Shown one piece after another: positions 54,090 through 64,000 of a DNA stretch of 64,000 bases. Position numbers and translations under genes: made by a program. This stretch comes from Lobosporangium transversale (lineage: Eukaryota), in the NCBI RefSeq assembly GCF_002105155.1, contig NW_019029001.1, positions 186,001-250,000 of the forward strand, given 5' to 3'. The notes under the pieces are model-generated. The model did no database searches and had not been told where the DNA came from. It saw only the letters and a program-made list of their open reading frames with translations. Position 1 is the stretch's first letter, and every line of letters starts with the position of its first letter.

Positions 54090-57000
54090 TCATCGCCGCA
54101 CTTTCCTTGACTGATGCAGAGGCAGTGACATTGATTGATGGCATTCTTTGTACAATGCCATCCCTTGTGCAAATCCCTCAAATCCTGGTCGATCTTTTGC
54201 AACCGGCTTCAGCTCGTGCAGCCTTTGGTCGAGCATGACTCGGTAATATTCGACAGCAGTATCTCTTTCTAATTGCTCCAACGTATGGTCCTTATATTTA
54301 GTTTTGCTGGCTTCTCCCTGAAAAGAGCTCATTTCCACGAGCGAGTTGGCATCCTGTCGTTGTTGTCGCCGCCGCTGCTGCTTCTCACGTAATTGTATCA
54401 AATTATGGCTTTGGAAAAAATCAAGAGTCATACCTACAAAAGCAGCAAGGAGTCTACCCTGTGAGAATGTCTCAAGTCTCCCCGGAACTGGGATCCATAA
54501 TGTTCGATACATAAGTGTCCACACAAGGCTTTGAGGAGCAAGATGCTGATCTCCGCATCCTATCAATGGCGTGGTCATCATAGCAGCACCCAACTCGACT
54601 TTAAATGATAAGAAGAAGGAAAAATACTATTAATGAATATATATAATAGGCAGTATAGTTGAGTCATGTTAAGAGTTATTGATTTACCTGCGCGCTTCCC
54701 ATTTGGCGTCATGGCAGTCTTCAAGAGTTGCTTCAGGATAGTAGTTGCAAACTGAGCAGGGCCAAGGTGACATAGTGTTGCCCGAAAGAGGTCCACGTCG
54801 ATGTGGTAGCATGACTCACCGAAGACTGGCCATCCTTTTTCCTTCCTTGTCACTATAGATGTCCTGCCGCCCAAGGCAATGGCTTCAAAAGCTAAGGAGG
54901 TCTGTTGTGCCAACTTTGGTACATCATAAGTACCAGATACAGACCAAGCTAATGACGAAACGGAACCAAACATGCAGCATTTTTAGTATGTTTGTCCTAC
55001 ATCATTAAATAGGCTTTTATTCATAATCACCATTTACTCTTTCACTGATCCCTTACGATAATAATTAAGAGAAGCTGCTGCCAAGCGCTCCTGGATAATG
55101 GCCATCTGACGATCATTATTATCCACCGTTTGGTGCTCCAATGCTGCCTGGATTTCACTCTTCAGCAGCCGCATTAGCCGTGTTGGAAACGCTTCTCCAG
55201 TAAGTAAAGATTTGAGAATTGTCTGTAACATCGCAACGGCTGCCACTGTCTTTCCATTCCCATGACTATGCATTGTGTTGGACTGGCTCGAGTGATGTAC
55301 AGGCCTAATACCCTTCGCTGCAAGTGGTGAGACAATGTGCCCTGTTGGAGATAGCATATTTGATGAATGAGCATGAATTAAACCTGATGCAGGCTGTGCG
55401 CTCGGTAGATGTGCTTTTGTTGAATCCGGCGATGATACTGAAGATGAGAATAAAATTTCCTGACAAAGAAATTGGACGACACCAACTAGCACAAATAGCA
55501 GGCAGGGCTGAAGAAAATAATCCAACCCGCTATTGAGTGTGGTAATATCGATCACGCCTGCTTGACAAGCGGCAAGAGACTGTGCAAAGATTGAGGGCGA
55601 AATTTCCAGCAGCATCTGTGGCTTGGATGTTCTATGTATCAGTGGAAACAGATGTCGGAAGTAAAGTTAGCTGTATCCCCTTCCTTGAGAGCGCTCCATT
55701 TTTTATATGATACGTAACAAATTATCATCATCCTACTGGATCAAATCATCCGAGATTCCCATGCTATCGAAAAGAGCACTGACCCATCTTCCCATCAAGC
55801 TATGCATATCCGCTGACATGGATGACATGGATGTAGCGGGTATCACGGCTGAGGTGCGATGGAGCCAGAGATAACAAAATCCCTGTTTTTCTTTGAAAAT
55901 GCTATTCAAGCAACTCGCCAGTTCATATCGACGAATGATAGTCATGATAAGAATCAGAACTGTTCCAAGCCCTTCTAAATTAGAGTTGCATGTGTCTGTA
56001 ATTGTGATTGCGTACAAATATATATTAGAATGAGTATTCCGCATGGATATTAAGAGACGACTTGTTTTATGTCGTTTGTTAGTTTTGCCCATTACCAATA
56101 TCATCGCCCAAACTATGCTGGAAATTATTTACAAACCCTTCGAGAGGAACTAGTAATGCTGACGGTGGCTGCAAGAAATGGATGAGATCTAGCACCAACG
56201 GGTTATCATCCAATGTTTGACAAAGCCTTGAAAGTACAGGTACGTCATTCCTGAACCCTGCATCCCTGCAAACCTGATAACGAAGGAAAATCAAGTAGGT
56301 CCCATAATGAAGCTCCATGCTGTCAGTCACTAATAAAGAACAATCAATTCAAAACAGGAAAAAGAGAACTCCAACAGTTTCTTCATTCCTCTAGTTCCTC
56401 TGAGATAGGACATACCTGAATGATACGATTAACCAATTTTTCTTGGTGCACAAAATCACTTAGAGTCCTTCCACAGAGATCATCAATTAAATCAAGTGAT
56501 GAATGGTTGATAGCGCAATAGTCGTCAGAGGTGTCTTGAAAGGATGTTAAGCCATGAGGAACATGGAGCTGATTGGGTCGGATAAGCCCCTTCGTAATGC
56601 ATCCAACAGCAATTGCCCGGAGCACGTCCAATTGTTCTACTGTACTGTCCCCTGCTATACTCTGATCGCATTCATTTAATATCCCACGATAGAATGACAA
56701 TTGTCGAAGAGCAGATTCTACCAAGCTACATATCTTTCAAATGTTTTTGTCCGAGATTATCATTGTAAGAGTGACTTGAAACTTAAACACCAAAGTAATA
56801 AAATGAACTAGATAGTACTGTGACCATGGCCAGCATATGAAAGCATTCTGCATACCTCGCCTTGAGGGAGACCAAATTGTGAAACGATATAAGGGATCTG
56901 TTGGTTATTACAGAAGAATAGGTTTGTTAAATGAAATGTCACCAATATTCGAGCTTTCATTGATTAGCTCACCCTTGGATGCAAAAATAACTCACCTTGA

Positions 57001-57357
57001 CCGAGACTAGAGACTTCCAAATTAAACGCTGAGATAGGGTAGTAGATTCGGCTAGACCTGTTAGTCCAGCGAGCCAAAACTGCAGCAGTACCACGTCCAT
57101 CTCCAGGGCCTTGATCTTCTTCATATCCTTGAGTCTCTGAACAACGAATATGTCGGGGACCACTGGACGAATACGAGCCTGCAAAGAAAAGAAAAAAATT
57201 ACTGTCAAAATCGGAAACATTCAACTCCCCTCCTTAATTTAAAGAATATTAATTGAGGATAGGTTAAACTTGCCATTGTATATGTCAAGTACATCAAGTC
57301 AACTGCAACTAGCATCTCAGTGTTGCTGTTAGTCTCCTCCATATTCCATGGATCCAT
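54090..57357 (-). CDS. MED5: Mediator subunit Med5/Nut1-like
   Basis: WVSALFDSMGISDDLI, PQMLLEISPSIFAQSLAAC..G.IDITTLNSGLDYFLQPCL, and LIWKSLVSVKIP resemble fungal Med5. The start is uncertain and extra 5' exons are possible. Confidence 0.72.
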
Positions 57358-57792
57358 TACTGATAATTAATTGGCACCCGCCTATGTCCAGTCTTAATAC
57401 TGTTCAGGTATAACCACTATAATGGCTGCCACTGTTGCCTGTGTTTTAGTCAGTTTGCATATACTGTATGTGTTTTCCTTGCTGTAAGGAATTCGCGCTT
57501 GAATGCGTTTTACAATGGTAAAGGCATGAGATGGTTAAATGAATGCAGGGACACGGATAACGAAACATTGCTCTGGACCAGTGGCTTTGACATGCCTACC
57601 TGCCTTGATTCTCAGATATGCATTGCCTGCTTTTTCACCCAAAACCTAGAATTGTGATCGCTTCATCCTGAAATCTTATTACGGACACAGATCCCATTTG
57701 TCAACAAAGGACAAGGATACAGCGAGACAAGAAGACAAGGAGGAGCAAGCGCGGCGCCAGTAACATCTGCCCTTATTGTTTTATTTGCTCGT

Positions 57793-60350
57793 ATGCAGAC
57801 TACTCAGAGTGCCCAGACTGGCCCCGCATGGACGCTTGATATTGCAGAGACACGTGTAGAGCTTCGTGAAGCTGTTCAGGCCTGCAATGAACGTGGACTC
57901 TACTTTTCAGCGCGATGGTAATGGAAATGCTAGACGGCATGACTAAAAGCTGAAGATGAAAAAAGCAAAGCATTGACTTTGGGGTTCGATTCATATTTAT
58001 TAGGGCAGCTGAAGCACTCAACGGCCTTCCTACCATAGGCAGCAGCGGCACCCACAACCATGAGAATGGACTTCCATCTACTACAGGATCTTTGGGGCCC
58101 GAGACTCATCAGAGCGGTCACCATATCTCTAAATATGTAGCAGAAGTATCGCTTTACTCAAGTATGGCTATTACGGAGGCTGATCTGGCTGAGTTTGACA
58201 CATATTTGATGGCAAAGACTTTCTTCGACCTCAAAGAATATGATCGCTGTGTGTCTGTCCTGGAAGAGCGCACTAGCCATAAGTCACGATTCTTGAGACT
58301 CTATTCGAAATATCTTGTATGTAAGAGGATTCGCATTGTTATCGCTCCATTAGAAAATGCTCTTTTTTTCTGAACTCTCTCTCATTGGCCATAGGCAGGA
58401 GAAAGAAGACGGGAGCAAGATACGCGCGAGGTTTTAGGTAATGCGTATGCTTTTTGCTCTACAAAGTCTGAAAATTATTAAAGCCTCCGAAGATGATTTG
58501 GCACCATAACCTTACGATCAAAAAGGAATGTTGCCTCTTTTGGGGGGTTTATAGGCCCATTAGACAACGCCATGGCGGTCAACAGAGAGCTTGAAAGTAT
58601 TTATTCGGAGCTTACAGCTGGTTACCAGGCGGGGATCCTCGACTCTTTTTGCAAATATCTGTAAGTATAGCGGGTTTTCCTAATCATTTAATAAAGCCTA
58701 AAATTGATTTTAATCCATAGTTGGGTCGACCTTTAACTTTTTTTTTCTTGATACCATCTTAGATATGGCTTAATCCTGATCAAACAACAGCGCAAGACTC
58801 AGGCTATCGCAGTCCTTATAGAATCTATTAATCAGTATCCGTATAACTGGAGTGCTTGGCAAGATCTCAGTTCATGCTTGCTTACCTTTGCTGCGGTAGG
58901 CTGCTGACAAAAGCAAAAAAAAAAAAAAAAAGACACAGCATTTCACACATAAAGTACTGAATACGGATACAATTTTATTAGGTCACGAACATTCAATCAG
59001 ATCTACCTGTTAGCTTCATGACGACCTACTTCCTCTCCTATGCCACCCAAGAGTACTTTAGCAGCCAGCAAGAAGACGCCGTGGTTTGGCTGGAGGAGCT
59101 GAGTGAAGCATTTCCAAGAAGTGCATACGTCAAGTGTCAACGCGCGATAGCACTCTACCACGCTAGAGGTGTGTACCCATATTGAGTCGAATTATGGATT
59201 TGTCTTTTCATTTTTGTTGAAGATCCCCCTTACGGTTTTACTCGATAGATTTCCCAGAGGCAGCCAATGTTTTCGAGGAGCTGATAACGGAAAATCCGCA
59301 TCGCCTTGATAATTTGGATATTTTTTCAAATGTTTTGTTTGTAACGGAAAATCGGGCAAGGCTGAGCTTTTTAGCACATAGCTGTGCTAAAACTGATAAC
59401 TATCGACCAGAAACATGTTGTATCATTGGAAACTACTATAGTATGAAGGCTGAGCATGAAAAAGCTGTGGTTTATTTCAAAAAGGCTTTGAGATTTAACC
59501 GGAGCTATGCCTCAGCGTGGACATTACTTGGACATGAATACCTGGAAATGAAAAACACATATGCAGCAGTAGAATCCTACAGAAGAGCTGTCGGTAAGTT
59601 TATGCACTATGGTGATGGTCGAATCTCGTGTCCGATGATGGAGTTTCCGTTATAACATTCAGCATACACATTTATGCTCCATGTGCTTGTCATGTCATAT
59701 GGTCATCAGACTTCAATCATCGTGATTACAGGGCTTGGAATGGTTTAGGACAAACGTATGAAGTCCTCAAGATGCATTATTACGCACTCAACTACTATCA
59801 AAGGGCTACAGCTATCCGACCATACGATGGTCGGATGTGGTGTGCCATGGCTGAGTGCTATGAGTATCTAGATCAAGACCTTGCTGCGATCAAATGCTAT
59901 ACAAGAGCATTATTAGGCTCAGACCAAGAAAAGATGGCACTCAAAAAACTGCCCAAACTGTATAAAAAGATTGATGACACTGAAGCTGCAGCACATTACT
60001 TTCGGAAAAGTCTGGAGCAACTACGAGAAGAACAGGTTAGTTTATTCTTAGTCTGTATTGTTCTTTCAGTCTCACGACAGTTAAACATAGTAGCCATTCA
60101 TCATAAATGTCCGATGTCTTTTAACTCTTCTTTTTAATTTCATCCCTTATAGAGTGAGTCAGAAGATACCTCAGAGGCATGTATTTTTTTGGCATTGTAT
60201 GAGCGCGAACGAGGCAATCTTGCCGCAGCGCTTGATTATGCAACAGAAGCGATGCAATGTTCATCCGAACAGCATCAAGAAGACGCGAGGGCATTGATGC
60301 GCGACATTCGCAGCGTGCTAGATGCGGGCGAGACATCGGAGATAGACTAG
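57793..60350 (+). CDS. CDC23: Anaphase-promoting complex subunit 8 (TPR)
   Basis: [82 protein letters not shown]. Confidence 0.95.
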
Positions 60351-61929
60351 GAGGACCATGCTATGCGTATGCTTGGCCTGTTGGCATCCACTGTTCATTT
60401 GTGCAATAAACAAAATAAGTGTGGCGCCATGCTTCCTTCCCTGCTGACCTTACTGGCATTGATCTGTCCAGTTCATTGATGTGAATTTGATCGTCCCAGT
60501 AAAAGTCAACATTTACATGTCCCAGTGTCTATTCAGCTGCAAAGTATACATCTCTGCCCCAAGAATTATCCAGCAGTATAGAGTTGCGTTGGATCAAGTA
60601 TTATCGGCAATAGTATCAAGCTGAATGCTACACTCAGAGGATTTCTGATTCATTTGTTTGATCATGTTGGGATTTGACTTAAGAATCGATTCTAGACGCC
60701 CTATCATCAGAACTGCTACAACGGCTGCGTCAATACAGTCGAATATGGTGTATTGATCAAGGAACCAATGTGATCATCATCAAGAAGAGCATCTCGGACA
60801 ATCACGATCAAGTACCTTTTGTGATGTCTTGTACGGCCAACAAGCTGTTGTTAATATCCTGAGTCCATTCTAGAACAATTCGGGAAAAATGCCACAGACG
60901 CTAGGAATTACAAAAGTAACCATTCTGGAAAGCTAATATATTGCTGGTTCTTCAACAGTTAGCTCACATGCCAGATGCACATTGATAATGACAGCCGAAC
61001 CAAGGTTATCTATGCTACATGAATGGTCATTTTTGCAGCTCGATCAGGAACCTAAAGGATAAGGAGCTTCATAAGGCATTAATGGGCTACCTGAAGGGGC
61101 AATTCTAAAACTCTAACAACTGCAAACTGGGCATTAACAATAGCGACAGGAATACAAGGAATATTTAACTGAATACTCCATTACCAATGGATACGAGCTC
61201 AAAGCTACATACTACAAGCTGATATCGCCTACATAGAACGCAAGACATCGCTATTTTCTTTATCTCTTAAGTTATTTCCCAGAATGGAGCTATTGCACAC
61301 GACGAAGAGTATCTCAGATCCCGAGTGTGCTGCCAGTGCAAGTTGGCTGGACATGTAGCCTACCAAAACTAGTTTAACAGTGCAATAGGGTTTGAGATCA
61401 CATGTATATATATCATAATGTTAACTGTACACTGTTGAACAGCTGTTTCACATGAAATGTCTTTGTCATTTTTTTACATCTGACACGTGAGAGTCACTGT
61501 GGAGAACAATAAAAAGGACTTGTCTAGCTGAGGCAACATTGAAGAATGGCAGCCGAATGAATACAAATACCACTGTCATTGACCCTTATGCTAGTAGGAA
61601 AAAGGATAAGCGAGAGAGAAAGGGAGAGAGGGAGAGAGAGAGAAAGAAAGAGAAAAGAAACTACGTTATTGACAAAGTTCAGGAGCGTGCAATGTGCGAG
61701 AGAAATGTGAAAGTGTGCAGTCCCTTCATGGTCGGTCGCCTTTTCGAGTTAATCTTTCCTTTGTCTCCTTTACCCTCTTTCTCTTCTTTCATTGATTTGT
61801 CCCATTGTCTATTTGTGTGTGCTCCCATCCGTCAATCTCCTGATCTTTTCCCGTCTTAGCTTACAAACTGCACACATCAAAGACAGACCACCACCTACTA
61901 TTCCTGGATATAAATACAGCAGACGGCAA

Positions 61930-63010
61930 ATGGGTATCTTTTCAAAACCCACGACGACTTCGGTTGTCTTTGATCCTCACGCCTTCAAGGCGGTCTTGGT
62001 CAAGGTTGTAAGAGCCTACTCCAATAATCGATCTACAGTCAAGCGCTCTATCTGGATCACCATTCTCGTCACCCTCGCCTTTCGTATCCATGGCATGGCA
62101 ACAAACAAGCCCAAGAAGGACAGCAAGAAGTCCGGTCTTATCAAGGGCGATAAAAAGAATACTAAAGTAGCTGTAAGTTCCTCGATCCTCGGGTTTAATA
62201 ATATTGTTTATTCACTAATGAATGAGGATCAAGAAAAGCCTGGGCAGATCAGAAGGAAGATTACAAAAAAAAAAAGAAAAGGGGGGGAAAAGTGGTTAAG
62301 TAAACGTTGCGAATGCAAAAACTCATTAATCTTTTTCCACCCTCTTTTTCAGGTTGATCGGGTCTTCTTCGAACGATTTATGAGGCTCCTGCGCTTGGTC
62401 ATTCCAGGGTGGCGATCTAAAGAATTTTGGCTATTAATTGTCCATTCAGGATTCTTGGGTATGTACTATGCATAATACACATTGGTAATTCCCTCTTCCC
62501 TTCACTATCAAAACTGAAAAAGAAAGTCGAGAATACAGGATGCCATAGCTGGGGCATACATAATTTCTTTATTAGTTCCCCATATGTCTGACCAAGCCGT
62601 CCTTTCGACATTCTAACCTCAACTGTCTCTCCTGATGCAGTCTTTAGAACCATGCTTTCCGTGTACATTGCTGCCCTCGATGGAAGGATCGTCAGTGCTT
62701 TGGTCCGTGGTCAAGCCAAAGACTTTATGGTGGGTCTTCTCTGGTGGATGACCGTGGCTGTACCTGCCACTTATACCAACAGCATGGTAAGTTCATAAAA
62801 AATTTCTTTCAAAATGAGTGAAAGTTTAGTATGTTGATTTTTTTTTATTATTATTCTTGTTTCCTTTTAAAGTTGACGTATATGCAAAGCAAGCTGGCCA
62901 TCCAGTTCCGTACACGTCTCACGAACCACATTCATGAGCAATACCTCACTGACATGACCTTTTACGCCATCGGCAATCTGGACGACCGTATCAAGAACGC
63001 AGATCAGTAT

Positions 63011-63044
<34 letters not shown>

Positions 63045-63106
63045 TGCAATGATATATATTAATAGCTCTTATTACACTACATACGATTTTACCAACTACC
63101 AACCTT

Positions 63107-63137
<31 letters not shown>

Positions 63138-63675
63138 CGTTTAGGTGCATCACAGTGGATGTCAACAAATTCTGCACATCTTTATCGGAACTCTATTCCA
63201 ACTTAGCCAAGCCTATCCTCGATGTTATTATTTACAATGTTCAGCTCTCTAAGAGCGTTGGGGGCGAAGGATTATTCGGTGTCAGCGCACTACTTCACGC
63301 CTCGGCCTTGGTGCTCCGGGCATTGACTCCTCCATTTGGCAAGATGGTAGCGGAGGAGCAGCGCCTTGAGGGTGAGTTCCGCTTCACACACTCACGAGTG
63401 ATCGAAAACGCTGAGGAGATTGCACTCTTTGGAGGACATGACGTCGAGAAGGCGATCCTGGACAGAAACTACTTTGCATTGATCAAGCACGTCAACCGCA
63501 TCTTCCGCATGCGTGTCTGGCACGGCATGCTCGAAGACTTTATCATCAAGTACTTCTGGGGCGCCATGGGTCTTGTCATTTGTTCCATCCCTGTCTTCTT
63601 CAAGCTTCCTGGTCAGAGTGGGGGGGCTGATATTGGAGGCCGTACCGAAGGTCAGCATCTTTTTCTTAAGCTATT

Positions 63676-63709
<34 letters not shown>

Positions 63710-64000
63710 TTGCTATTGTGACTAAAGAGTTTCATTTTTACAAATATGTATTCAGGCTTCATCACAAATAGGCGTATGTTACTAAGCTCTTCGGACGCAT
63801 TCGGACGCATCATGTACTCATACAAAGAAGTGACTGAGCTGGCTGGCTATACCGCCCGTGTGTCTGAACTGTTGGACGTCTTTGAGGATGTAAAGGCAGG
63901 TCGTTTTGAGAAGAGACTGGTTTCCTCAGCATCAACGGACGAGAACGCTAGGGTGCTCTCGGGTCGTGGCGACGTGGTCGAGGATGACACCATTGAGTTT
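61930..64000 (+). CDS. Peroxisomal ABCD fatty acyl-CoA transporter (Pxa2-like), partial
   Basis: [54 protein letters not shown] and LAGYTARV. Continues past the window end. Confidence 0.92.

Noticed and set aside
60480..61400. Coding-like stretch with faint resemblance to a LINE RT (CVNTVEYGVLI) or an F-box fragment
   Set aside because: No follow-on motifs such as QGDPLSP or YADD, and many stops. Not supportable without a search.

Overview
Gene-dense, intron-rich eukaryotic DNA from an early-diverging fungus (inferred Mucoromycota, probably Mortierellaceae-like, from short GT-AG introns with long poly(A/T) tracts, fungal housekeeping genes and a B12-dependent methylmalonyl-CoA mutase). Host genes in order: DHHC palmitoyltransferase (runs off the left edge), URM1, RAD54B/RDH54, Gcn4/CpcA-like bZIP with two uORFs, Nup58/Nup49-like nucleoporin, RHO1, CSN6, PMA1, USO1, Ima1, NIPSNAP, mitochondrial glutamate-type carrier, MUT, mitochondrial aspartate aminotransferase, MED5, CDC23 and a peroxisomal ABCD transporter (runs off the right edge). 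The standout region is 42.7-53.7 kb. It holds decayed, intron-containing genes in which an XPG/FEN1/EXO1-type 5' nuclease domain is spliced in frame toward a TnpB/Fanzor-like RuvC + zinc-finger nuclease. Two clearly diverged family members are present and share an intron position. The 3' 1.9 kb of one member is duplicated as a long inverted repeat (42783-44711 / 45998-47926). A Helitron Rep relic lies at about 24.1-24.6 kb. All calls come from manual translation and motif recognition; no database searches were run.
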